Positions 29,604 to 37,803 of a stretch of DNA of 64,000 nucleotides are shown here, piece by piece. A model generated the notes under the pieces. The model did not search any database, was not told where the DNA came from, and worked only from the letters and a program-made list of their open reading frames with translations. Each line of letters opens with the position of its first letter. Position 1 is the first letter of the stretch. The stretch is from Blastocatellia bacterium (lineage in GTDB: Bacteria; Acidobacteriota; Blastocatellia; UBA7656). The position numbers and the translations under genes are program-made. Location of the stretch: contig CAVXWP010000007.1 of the NCBI GenBank assembly GCA_963765495.1, positions 160,001 to 224,000 of the forward strand, given 5' to 3'.

Positions 29604-30413
29604 ATGAAGAGAAACCTTATCAATTCTTTTATAGCACTGGCGATGCTGGTCGCGGCCGGGTCGCCGCTTTCACAGTCAACGGCTCTAGCGCAGACAAAAC
29701 GGTCTACGAGCCGCAAACCCGTATTACATCGGAAGGCGGCCCCGGCAAAGACTCGCGCGGTGCAACATGCCAAAGTTGACCCTTCGCCCGCCCGTGGCGG
29801 GATCAATGCCGAGGTAATCGGGCCGGTCTTTGTTACCTACACCTTGCCGCAAAACGAATATTTCAGACTGAGAATGAACCAGAATATCAGTTCCGCCACG
29901 GCTCGAACGGGCGACCGTTTCAAGGCGACCGTGACCATCCCTGTTTACGCAAGCGGAGTTGAGGTAGTACCGGCAGGCTCTATAGTCGAAGGGCGCGTAA
30001 CATCGGTCCAGCCCGCTCGCACGCGTGGCCGCGAAGGGCAGATAGCCGTGGCGTTTGACGCTCTCACACTCCCCGATGGGACGAGGCGCAGCATCGAAGG
30101 CGAGTTGACCGAGTTACAGGATAAGAACGCGGGCGAGGTCGAAGGCGAAAACGAGGTGAGCGGGCGTTCGTCCGATACGCGCAAGATCGTCTACATAGGC
30201 GGCGGCGGCGCGGGCGGCGCAATTCTGGGCGGCGCAATAGGAGGCGCGAAGGGCGCAGCCATAGGCGCGATCCTCGGTGCAGGTGCGGGTGTTGCGGGGA
30301 CGATTTTGACAAAGGGCAACGAGGCCGAGCTTAGAAGCGGCACAGAAATCGGAATGACGACTACGAAAACCATAGTCTTTTCCGTCCGCTCGGATCGCTT
30401 CGACCGGCGATGA
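29604..30413 (+). CDS. Secreted TrbI/VirB10-like beta-domain protein with glycine zipper
   Basis: Signal peptide; PAGSIVEGRVT; GGAILGGAIGGAKGAAIGA. Confidence 0.7.
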   Translation: MKRNLINSFIALAMLVAAGSPLSQSTALAQTKRSTSRKPVLHRKAAPAKTRAVQHAKVDPSPARGGINAEVIGPVFVTYTLPQNEYFRLRMNQNISSATARTGDRFKATVTIPVYASGVEVVPAGSIVEGRVTSVQPARTRGREGQIAVAFDALTLPDGTRRSIEGELTELQDKNAGEVEGENEVSGRSSDTRKIVYIGGGGAGGAILGGAIGGAKGAAIGAILGAGAGVAGTILTKGNEAELRSGTEIGMTTTKTIVFSVRSDRFDRR

Positions 30414-30446
30414 AATACCGGCAGTGATTTGCAAGAAAACCCGTTT

Positions 30447-30489
30447 TTTAGACAGGATTGACAGGATTATCCCGTTGATCCTGTCTAAA
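30447..30489. repeat. Inverted nonamer hairpin (GACAGGATT family); probable terminator
   Basis: TTTAGACAGGATTGACAGGAT..ATCCCGTTGATCCTGTCTAAA. Confidence 0.8.
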
Positions 30490-30580
30490 TCTTTTCATGG
30501 ATCAGGCATCACTAAATACCTGAAAAAATTCTTTCCAGAGGGGCAACGTAAACGGGGGGGGCAATGTATCTAACCTAAGA

Positions 30581-30650
30581 ACAGCGACCCGATAGTTAAT
30601 AACGCTGGTAGAATCATCCTTTCGAGGCAGTCCGACACTCGGGTCGCTGT
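30581..30650. ncRNA. Candidate structured small RNA of about 70 nt
   Basis: Perfect 12-bp closing stem ACAGCGACCCGA/TCGGGTCGCTGT with inner CCT-TTCG-AGG hairpin; ECF-like GGCAAC..ATCT motif just upstream. Confidence 0.4.
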
Positions 30651-30652
30651 CT

Positions 30653-31285
30653 CTATATCTCCCTCAACAAGTTCAATCCTCCGGCAATGCGGGTGCGCCT
30701 TCCTTCAATCTTAAAACCTTCACTTAACACCAGAGCGACCGCGCGAGGATAAATCGAGTGTTCCTGTTCGAGAATGCGTGCCGATAATCGCTCGACCGTA
30801 TCGTCATCGAGCACCTCTACGGCCTGCTGCATCACTATGGGGCCGTGGTCGAGTTCTTCATCAACGATGTGGACGGTGCAACCCGTGATCTTGACCCCGT
30901 GTTCCAGCGCCTGGCGCTGCGCATCGAGGCCGGGAAAGGCCGGAAGCAGCGAAGGGTGAATGTTTAGAATACGACCATCGAACTCGCGGATCATCGCCCC
31001 GCTCACAAGCCTCATATATCCGGCAAGGCAGACGAGAGTGACGCCGCGCCGCTTCAATTCTGTGACCATCAACTGGTCGTGCTCCTGACGCGTATGCCCT
31101 TTGTGACTGATAAAGAGCGTCTCGATCCCGCGCGCTCGGGCCTTCTTCAAACCTTCGGCGGATTCAATATTGCTTATGACGAGGGCTATCTCCGCGTCGA
31201 GCCGTCCGGCTGCTGCGGCCCCAATCAACGCCAGCATGTTCGATCCCCGCCCAGAGATCAATATCCCGATTTTTTGCTTGTTCAT
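30653..31285 (-). CDS. purN: Phosphoribosylglycinamide formyltransferase
   Basis: ISGRGSN, LAGYMR, NIHPSLLPAFPG, GCTVH..DHGPI. Confidence 0.97.
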   Translation of the reverse strand: MNKQKIGILISGRGSNMLALIGAAAAGRLDAEIALVISNIESAEGLKKARARGIETLFISHKGHTRQEHDQLMVTELKRRGVTLVCLAGYMRLVSGAMIREFDGRILNIHPSLLPAFPGLDAQRQALEHGVKITGCTVHIVDEELDHGPIVMQQAVEVLDDDTVERLSARILEQEHSIYPRAVALVLSEGFKIEGRRTRIAGGLNLLREI

Positions 31286-31330
31286 ACGGCGCGGAAAATA
31301 CCTCATTGCCGACATGTCGCGCAAGCCCTC

Positions 31331-31447
31331 TGAGGGATGAGGGATGAAAAGGACTGTCGGGGAACTCTTCGGTAATTGGTTAAATCAATTAATCGGAATT
31401 TACCCTTGGATTCTTTTTCATCCCTCATCCCTCATCCCTCATCCCTC
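31331..31447. mobile_element. Empty (non-coding) GGGATGA inverted-heptamer element
   Basis: GGGATGAGGGATGAAAAGGA, about 57 nt AT-rich core, then ATTCTTTT(TCATCCC)x4; same ends as 33583..34034. Confidence 0.75.
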
Positions 31448-31491
31448 CTATGTTGCTTCCGGCCCCTAAAACAAGTATCTTTATCTCCGCG

Positions 31492-33585
31492 ATGGAGTCC
31501 GACCAGATTTTCCCAGATGACAAACCTGATATCTCATCCGAGGAGATCGGTGAGCCGGAAGTGCTCGTCCGCAGTTCGGATGAAGATATAGCGATTTTCG
31601 ATTCGCAGCGTATAGTCGAAGCGCTCGTGCGCGAGGCCAACATAGATGCCGATCTGGCCGCGCAGATCGGGCTCGAAGTGCGCGAGTTTATTCAAAAGCT
31701 CGGATTCCGCACCCTCAGTTCTTCGCTCATACGCGGGCTGGTAGACGCAAAGCTCCTTGAGCTTGGTCTTGAGGACGCGCACAGGTCGCACACCCGGCTG
31801 GGCGTTCCCTTTTATGATGTAGATCGCATAATTCACAATTCGTTTCGCGAATCGATCTCGCAGTCCTACGGGCCGGAGGGCACTAGCCTGATGCTGGCCG
31901 AGTCCATCAAACGCGAGTACGCCATCTTAAGCGTCTTCTCCGAACAGATTGCAAACGCTCACCTTGTAGGCGACATACACATACACGGTATTGGGGCCGT
32001 AGACCGCCCGCACTCGTTGATCTCGGCCGTCGATTATGTCAAGCAGTTCGGCATCACGCTGCCTCAGGGGTTCGCAAGCTCGCGGCCTGCCCGCCGGGCC
32101 GAAGTGCTGGTCGCGCATCTTGTAAAGCTGTCGGCCGCGCTGCAAGGCTATCTGGCAGGCCCGGTCATCTGGGACTCGCTCAATTTCGCGCTTGCGCCTT
32201 ATCTGGTCGATCTGGAAGACCGCGATATAAAGCAACTGGCGCAAACGCTTGTCTTCGAGTTTTCCGCCCCGGCCGTGGCGCGAGGCGGGCAGACCGTTTT
32301 TGCGGACCTGCACCTTGATTGGGATGCGCCGTCTTATATGAAATCGCGCCCGCTGATAGGCGCGGGCGGCCTGCCTATGAACGAGACCTACGGCGATTTT
32401 ACAAGCGAAGCCCATCGCTTTCTGCAAGCCCTGCTTGAAGTCTACATCGAGGGCGACGGACAGGGCCGCTCGTTTTTGACCCCCCGCCTGGTGCTTCACA
32501 TAAATCCTCACTTCAACGAAATTGCAGGCTATCGCGCGGTCCTCGAACTGGCCAGCCGTCTTGCGGTTGAGCGCGGCGGGCTCTCGATAGTCTTTGACCG
32601 TGACGAGGACGCCTTCTTTCGCCGTTACGGCATCAAGGACGACAAGGCGCTTTCGCGTGCCGAAAGCCACGCGTTGCGCTCATCTCAGTTTCAGATCGTA
32701 TCGCTGAATCTGCCGCGCGTCGGATACCTGGCCGGGGGCAATCAGGTAAAGGTCTTTGAGGAGTTGACCCGGCTGATGGAAACGGCCGCGCAGGCCCATC
32801 TGGAAAAGCGAGTCTTTCTTGAGAAACTGCTTGCGCTTGGCGAGCGCGGGCCGTTGTCTGCGCTTACGACCAGAGCGAGCGGCACCCCTTTCCTCAAACT
32901 CAACTGGGCGACCCACGCCATCAGTCTCGTGGGTCTGAACGAGCTTTGCCGCGCCGTGCTTCAATCGGATCTGCACGATTCGCAGGCGACTATGGAGTTT
33001 GCCTTAAAAGTGCTGACGCATTTGAAGCGCGAGGCCGAGCGATTGTCGAACAAACACAAGGTGCGTTTTTTGTTGAGCGGGCAGTCAACCGAAGTGACCT
33101 CGCACAGACTTGCGCGGCTCGATTTGAGATTTTTCGGCGACACGGCAGCAAGCGTGGTCTGCGGCGATGCGGATACGGACGCAGGTTACTACACCGAGGG
33201 AGTGCAGTTGTCGGCTACAAGCGATGTGCCTGTGCTCGACCGCGTTCGCACCGAAGGCGTATTTCACGAGTTTGGATTCATAGACGCAATGACATCCATC
33301 TGGCTCGGAGAGTCGATCCCCTCGGCCGACGATCTGGGTCGATTGATCTCTCAGGCATTTTATCAATCATCCTGTGCGGGTCTGATCTTCTGCCCCGAAT
33401 TCACGATATGCGCGAGTTGCGGCGGGACTACCAGAGGGCTGCATCTTTCCTGCTCTATTTGCGGATCGAATCGGGTTGACGGATTGGCCTATGCCGGAGA
33501 CCGCTACGGACACACTTCATCCTGGGACACGGGGCGGCTGGCCGAATTAAGCGACCGCCGCCGCGTGCGCGGAACAGACATGTGA
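31492..33585 (+). CDS. Anaerobic ribonucleotide reductase NrdD-like protein (ATP cone + C-terminal Zn ribbon), apparently lacking catalytic residues
   Basis: ATP cone (FDSQRIVEALVRE..IRGLVDAKL), AHLVGDIHIH, SLNLPR, GLNEL, RLARLD, CASC..CSICGS, WDTGRLAELSDR. No RxxGY glycyl motif and no finger-loop Cys. Confidence 0.85.
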   Translation: MESDQIFPDDKPDISSEEIGEPEVLVRSSDEDIAIFDSQRIVEALVREANIDADLAAQIGLEVREFIQKLGFRTLSSSLIRGLVDAKLLELGLEDAHRSHTRLGVPFYDVDRIIHNSFRESISQSYGPEGTSLMLAESIKREYAILSVFSEQIANAHLVGDIHIHGIGAVDRPHSLISAVDYVKQFGITLPQGFASSRPARRAEVLVAHLVKLSAALQGYLAGPVIWDSLNFALAPYLVDLEDRDIKQLAQTLVFEFSAPAVARGGQTVFADLHLDWDAPSYMKSRPLIGAGGLPMNETYGDFTSEAHRFLQALLEVYIEGDGQGRSFLTPRLVLHINPHFNEIAGYRAVLELASRLAVERGGLSIVFDRDEDAFFRRYGIKDDKALSRAESHALRSSQFQIVSLNLPRVGYLAGGNQVKVFEELTRLMETAAQAHLEKRVFLEKLLALGERGPLSALTTRASGTPFLKLNWATHAISLVGLNELCRAVLQSDLHDSQATMEFALKVLTHLKREAERLSNKHKVRFLLSGQSTEVTSHRLARLDLRFFGDTAASVVCGDADTDAGYYTEGVQLSATSDVPVLDRVRTEGVFHEFGFIDAMTSIWLGESIPSADDLGRLISQAFYQSSCAGLIFCPEFTICASCGGTTRGLHLSCSICGSNRVDGLAYAGDRYGHTSSWDTGRLAELSDRRRVRGTDM

Positions 33586-34034
33586 AGGGATGAGGGATGA
33601 AAAGGAAAAACTGGAAAACGCGCCGGTAAAGAAACAAGACTTACGCGAAAGAACAAAGCAGTATGCACTTCGAATACTCCGGCTTTATGCGGCCTTGCCC
33701 AAAAGCACCGAAGCGCAGGTTCTTGGAAAACAAATACTGAGGTCTGGGACATCCGTAGGCGCGCAATATCGCGAAGCCTGTCGCGCAAAATCCAATCTGG
33801 ACTTCATCAGCAAGATGGAAGGCGCTCTACAGGAATTGGAGGAAACCTGTTATTGGCTTGAACTATTAAGTGAAGCCGAGATAGTTTCAAAGGAACGGTT
33901 GAATTCGCTATACGGCGAAACTGAGGAGTTAATTTCGATGTTTGTGACAATGGTAAGAAACGTCAAAGACAAACAAAAATAGGAGGTTTGACGGATAATT
34001 CTTTTTCATCCCTCATCCCTCATCCCTCATCCCT
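33583..34034 (+). mobile_element. Coding GGGATGA inverted-heptamer element carrying a four-helix-bundle gene
   Basis: Left arm TGAAGGGATGAGGGATGAAAAGGA; right arm ATTCTTTT(TCATCCC)x4; AT-richer interior. Confidence 0.75.
33590..33982 (+). CDS. Four-helix-bundle protein (TIGR02436 / 23S rRNA IVS protein family)
   Basis: DLRERTKQYALRI..QILRSGTSVGAQYREACRAKS..DFISK..ELEETCYWLELL. Confidence 0.92.
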   Translation: MRDEKEKLENAPVKKQDLRERTKQYALRILRLYAALPKSTEAQVLGKQILRSGTSVGAQYREACRAKSNLDFISKMEGALQELEETCYWLELLSEAEIVSKERLNSLYGETEELISMFVTMVRNVKDKQK

Positions 34035-34040
34035 TAGATT

Positions 34041-34565
34041 ATGCCTGATGGACGCACACACGATCTGATCACGATTCTTCTTGCCGCGCCGACGGCGGCT
34101 GTCACCTATCAGATTACAAATGACTGGACGATGACTGCGATCACGACCGGAGGGATGGTATTCGGCGGGTTGATGTTTGGGCCCGATCTCGATATTCAAA
34201 GCCGCCAGTACACGCGCTGGGGACCGCTCAGGTTTTTGTGGTGGCCTTATAAGGTAGTACTGCCGCATCGCTCGCGCTTCTCTCACGGCATAGTCTTTGG
34301 CACGCTCGTTCGAGTCATATACTTCGTCATCATCTGCGCCCTGACGCTCGCCGTGGCGCTCTATGCACGCGATATGTATCTCTACCGGGCGAAGTGGGGG
34401 TTCGGCGAATTTACCGACGCGTTTGCGCGCGTATGGGAAATCCTGACGCCGATCAGACGCAGTTATCTGCTGGCGGCCTTTATCGGATTGTGGATAGGCG
34501 CAACCAGCCACACGGTAACGGATGTCCTTGGGTCTTTCTTTAAGAGCGTGCGAAAATCTATCTGA
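34041..34565 (+). CDS. DUF2227-like membrane metal-binding protein
   Basis: MPDGRTHD, PDLD, RWG..WWPY..HRS..SHG, SH..D. Confidence 0.8.
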   Translation: MPDGRTHDLITILLAAPTAAVTYQITNDWTMTAITTGGMVFGGLMFGPDLDIQSRQYTRWGPLRFLWWPYKVVLPHRSRFSHGIVFGTLVRVIYFVIICALTLAVALYARDMYLYRAKWGFGEFTDAFARVWEILTPIRRSYLLAAFIGLWIGATSHTVTDVLGSFFKSVRKSI

Positions 34566-34573
34566 AGGGGAAG

Positions 34574-35269
34574 ATGGAGTTGAGCGAAAGCGGCGGTTTC
34601 AAGCGACTTGAATTCGAGCGCCTCGAACCACACGACCAGATGGATCGAGCCAGAAGGTTTCTGGACTTGATGCGCAGACGACGGAGCGTGCGCGCTTTTG
34701 CCCCGGACCCGGTTCCATTCGAACTGATACGGCTGGCGATAGAGACAGCCGGAAGCGCCCCTTCGGGTGCGAACCAGCAGCCGTGGCAGTTTGTCGTGGT
34801 GAGCGATGCGAAACTCAAACACAAGATCAGACTCGCCGCCGAAGAGGAAGAGCGCATAAATTACGAGCGTCGCTTTCCCGATGAATGGAAATCGGCGCTT
34901 GCGCCGCTGGGCACCGACTGGCACAAAGAGTTCCTCGACATAGCCCCGTATCTTATCGTCGTCTTTAAGATCGATTACGGAGTCGTGCCCTCGCCTGTGG
35001 ATGACGGCACGCTCGTGCATGCGAAACACTATTATGTAAATGAATCGGTGGGAATCGCCTCCGGGCTGTTGCTTGCGGCGCTTCACAACGCGGGGCTTGC
35101 TACGCTCACGCACACGCCAAGCCCTATGGGATTTCTCGCAGAGATACTCGGACGACCTAAGAACGAAAAGCCTTATTTGCTTATCCCTGTGGGATACCCC
35201 GAAGTAGACGCGCTTGTGCCTGACATTACAAAAAAGGGGCTCGATGAAATCATGACCCTGTTCGATTGA
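34574..35269 (+). CDS. Iodotyrosine deiodinase-type flavoprotein (nitroreductase superfamily)
   Basis: RRSVR, APSGANQQPW, lid AEEEE..NY, LGTDWHK, YYVNESVGI, TLTHTP. Confidence 0.85.
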   Translation: MELSESGGFKRLEFERLEPHDQMDRARRFLDLMRRRRSVRAFAPDPVPFELIRLAIETAGSAPSGANQQPWQFVVVSDAKLKHKIRLAAEEEERINYERRFPDEWKSALAPLGTDWHKEFLDIAPYLIVVFKIDYGVVPSPVDDGTLVHAKHYYVNESVGIASGLLLAALHNAGLATLTHTPSPMGFLAEILGRPKNEKPYLLIPVGYPEVDALVPDITKKGLDEIMTLFD

Positions 35270-35292
35270 TGATGGAAGCGAGGTGATCACAG

Positions 35293-35844
35293 ATGGCCTG
35301 GATAAAAATCATCGAAGAAGACGAAGCCGACCCTGAGCTTAAACAGATGTACGACCGTATGCGAAATCCTCGCAGCCCCGTAGACAACATACTCAAGATA
35401 CACAGCCTGAACCCGCGCGGATTACGCGCCCATTTCGATTTTTATAAGACCGTCATGTACGCGCCGTCCGCGCTTTCCCGCATCGAACGCGAAGCGATAG
35501 CCGTGGTCGTCTCAAGCATCAACCGCTGTCATTACTGAGTGATCCATCACGCGGAGGGGCTCCGCCGACTCACGAGAGACGAGAAACTGGTCGAACAACT
35601 CAAAACCGATTATCGGAGCGCCTCGCTTGAGCCCCGATTGCGTGCGATGCTCGATTATGCAAGGAAGCTGACGCTCACGCCTCACGAAATGGAGCAATCC
35701 GATATAGACCCTTTGCGCGGTGCCGGGTTGTCGGACGCAGCCGTACTCGACCTCAATATGGTGGTCGGATATTTCGCCTTCGTAAATCGCCTGGCCGACG
35801 GCCTCGGCGTAGAGCTTGAGGCCAGATGGGGAGAGGAAGGGTGA
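35293..35844 (+). CDS. AhpD/CMD-like peroxidase-related selenoprotein (183 aa; in-frame TGA 35536-38 read as Sec)
   Basis: Two ORF-track halves share one frame and join as REAIAVVVSSINRCHY-U-VIHH (CxxU); C-terminal FAFVNRLADGLGV. Confidence 0.85.
35536..35572 (+). promoter_or_regulatory. Putative bacterial SECIS hairpin
   Basis: GCGGAG-GGG-CTCCGC stem-loop 12 nt after TGA; TGAGT can also pair with ACTCA at 35568-72. Confidence 0.65.
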
Positions 35845-35874
35845 TTTAAGATTTAAGATTTCCTGTATTAGAGT

Positions 35875-37590
35875 TCAGGGCCGGGCAGTCTCCAAAAACG
35901 CTTTGAGCTTGCGGGAGCGCGACGGGTGGCGCAGTTTTCTGAGCGCCTTCGCCTCGATCTGGCGAATGCGCTCGCGCGTGACGGCAAAGTGCTGACCCAC
36001 TTCTTCGAGCGTGTGCTCGCTGCCGTTCGGGCCGAGGCCGAAGCGCATCTTTATGACTTTCTCTTCGCGTGGCGTGAGCGACTTCAGCACTTCGTCGGTG
36101 ATTTCGCGCAGGTTGGAATTTATCACCGCTTCCGAGGGATTTGTAATGGTCTTGTCTTCGATGAAATCGCCGAGATGCGAATCCTCTTCTTCTCCGATGG
36201 GCGTCTCAAGCGAGATCGGTTCCTGCGCGATCTTAAGCACCTTTCGCACCTTCGAGACGGGGATGTCCATCTTCTTTGCGATCTCTTCCGAGCTTGGCTC
36301 CCGGCCAAGCTCCTGGACAAGTGCGCGCGAGGTGCGGATCAACTTGTTGATGGTTTCGATCATGTGGACGGGTATGCGGATGGTGCGCGCCTGATCGGCT
36401 ATGGCCCGAGTTATTGCCTGGCGTATCCACCACGTCGCGTAGGTGGAAAATTTATAGCCTCGCCGCCACTCGAATTTATCGACCGCCTTCATCAATCCGA
36501 TATTCCCTTCCTGGATAAGATCCAGAAATTGCAATCCGCGATTCGTGTACTTCTTGGCTATCGAGACGACAAGCCTCAGGTTTGCTTCTATCAATTCCCG
36601 CTTGGCGATGTCGGCTTCTTCTTCGCCGCTGTTGATCGAGGCAAGCGAGCGTTCGAGTTCGACCGATGTGATGTGCCAGCAATCTTCAAGCTCACCGAGG
36701 CGGCGTTCGGCGTCTCGGAGGTTTCGCTTGAGTTCGCGTTCGTCCTCGTTCCATTTCTTCTTTTCAATCGCGCGCCGGGCCTTCTCGATTGCGGCGCGCG
36801 CCTCGCGCGACTCCCTCACGCATTCGAGTATAAGCTCGGTGAGTCGCTCGTGCTGATGCACGGCGAGGTCGAGCGCCCGCGCCTGCCGACTGACCTCGAC
36901 GCGCGCCCGCGCGAGCTTTCGGCGCAGGCGCGGCAGCTTCGATGATTTGCGTGGTTCGGCCCGCAATTGATCGTGAATTTTGAGCGTTCGCGTATAGCTC
37001 TTTTTTAGTTCTGTGATCGAATCGAGAATAGCAGTCAGGTACTCTTCGAGGCGTTCTTCGACGACGCCTTCCTGCTCGCTGAAGACGACTACTTCGCGTA
37101 TGTGCAATTCGCCCCGGCGCAACCGCTCGCCTATCTTTATCAATTCGTCTATACAGATCGGCGAGCGCGAAATCGCCCTGAGCGCTCGCTTCCGTCCTCG
37201 CTCGATGCGGCGGGCTATCGAGACCTCTCCGTCGCGTGTCAGCAGAGGCACTATCGCCATCTCTCGCAGGTAGAGGCGTACGGGGTCATTAGTCTTATCG
37301 AGCGTGCCGGGTGTGAGATCGAGGTCGAGCCCTTCGGCGAATTCGTCGTCGTCTTTTACGTCTCCGTTTTCGGCCGCCGCCGCCGCCGCCGCAATAAATT
37401 TTTCATCCGTGTCTGAAATCGAGATGCCTTCCGCGCCGATGGCATCGAATATTGCTTCGATGTCGTCGGCCGAATTCATGTCGGGTGGCAACAGCCGATT
37501 GATATCGTCGTAGGTCAGGTACTCCTTCTCTTTGCCGATCTCGAGAAGTTTCTCTACTTCGTTTTGATATTTCTCGTTAAGCTCTGACAC
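35875..37590 (-). CDS. rpoD: RNA polymerase primary sigma factor RpoD
   Basis: Region 1.1, [50 protein letters not shown]; GTG 37590 after GGGAG; follows dnaG. Confidence 0.96.
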   Translation of the reverse strand: MSELNEKYQNEVEKLLEIGKEKEYLTYDDINRLLPPDMNSADDIEAIFDAIGAEGISISDTDEKFIAAAAAAAENGDVKDDDEFAEGLDLDLTPGTLDKTNDPVRLYLREMAIVPLLTRDGEVSIARRIERGRKRALRAISRSPICIDELIKIGERLRRGELHIREVVVFSEQEGVVEERLEEYLTAILDSITELKKSYTRTLKIHDQLRAEPRKSSKLPRLRRKLARARVEVSRQARALDLAVHQHERLTELILECVRESREARAAIEKARRAIEKKKWNEDERELKRNLRDAERRLGELEDCWHITSVELERSLASINSGEEEADIAKRELIEANLRLVVSIAKKYTNRGLQFLDLIQEGNIGLMKAVDKFEWRRGYKFSTYATWWIRQAITRAIADQARTIRIPVHMIETINKLIRTSRALVQELGREPSSEEIAKKMDIPVSKVRKVLKIAQEPISLETPIGEEEDSHLGDFIEDKTITNPSEAVINSNLREITDEVLKSLTPREEKVIKMRFGLGPNGSEHTLEEVGQHFAVTRERIRQIEAKALRKLRHPSRSRKLKAFLETARP

Positions 37591-37689
37591 GTTCGGCACT
37601 CCCGGGCAACTCATTTCGAAGTGGGTCTTGTGGCCACTCAGAATTGGTACCCTCATTCATAGAATCTGTCAAGACGCGAGTTTGAAATT

Positions 37690-37793
37690 AGTCACTTGTC
37701 CGTGGTCAATTGCCCGTTCTCATTACATCAATTTTACATATATTCGTAAATTTAGTTGATTGATAACAATGCTACGGACAACGGACAAATGAC
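37690..37793. repeat. Degenerate inverted heptamer element (TGTCCGT / ACGGACA type) between dnaG and rpoD
   Basis: gtcacttgtccgtggtcaattg, AT-rich core, acggacaacggacaaatgac. Confidence 0.6.
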
Positions 37794-37803
37794 AGCGAAT
37801 AAG

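Noticed and set aside
31492-33585. Assigning the symbol nrdD as a functional anaerobic RNR
   Set aside because: The glycyl-radical motif and catalytic cysteines are not recognisable, and no activase gene is adjacent.
33590-33982. Diversity-generating retroelement (Avd-like protein)
   Set aside because: No reverse transcriptase and no template/variable repeat pair with adenine-specific differences was seen in the window.
35293-35844. Two separate small genes, or a nonsense pseudogene
   Set aside because: Both halves share one frame, the TGA is at the redox Cys position and a downstream hairpin is present, all favouring Sec readthrough.
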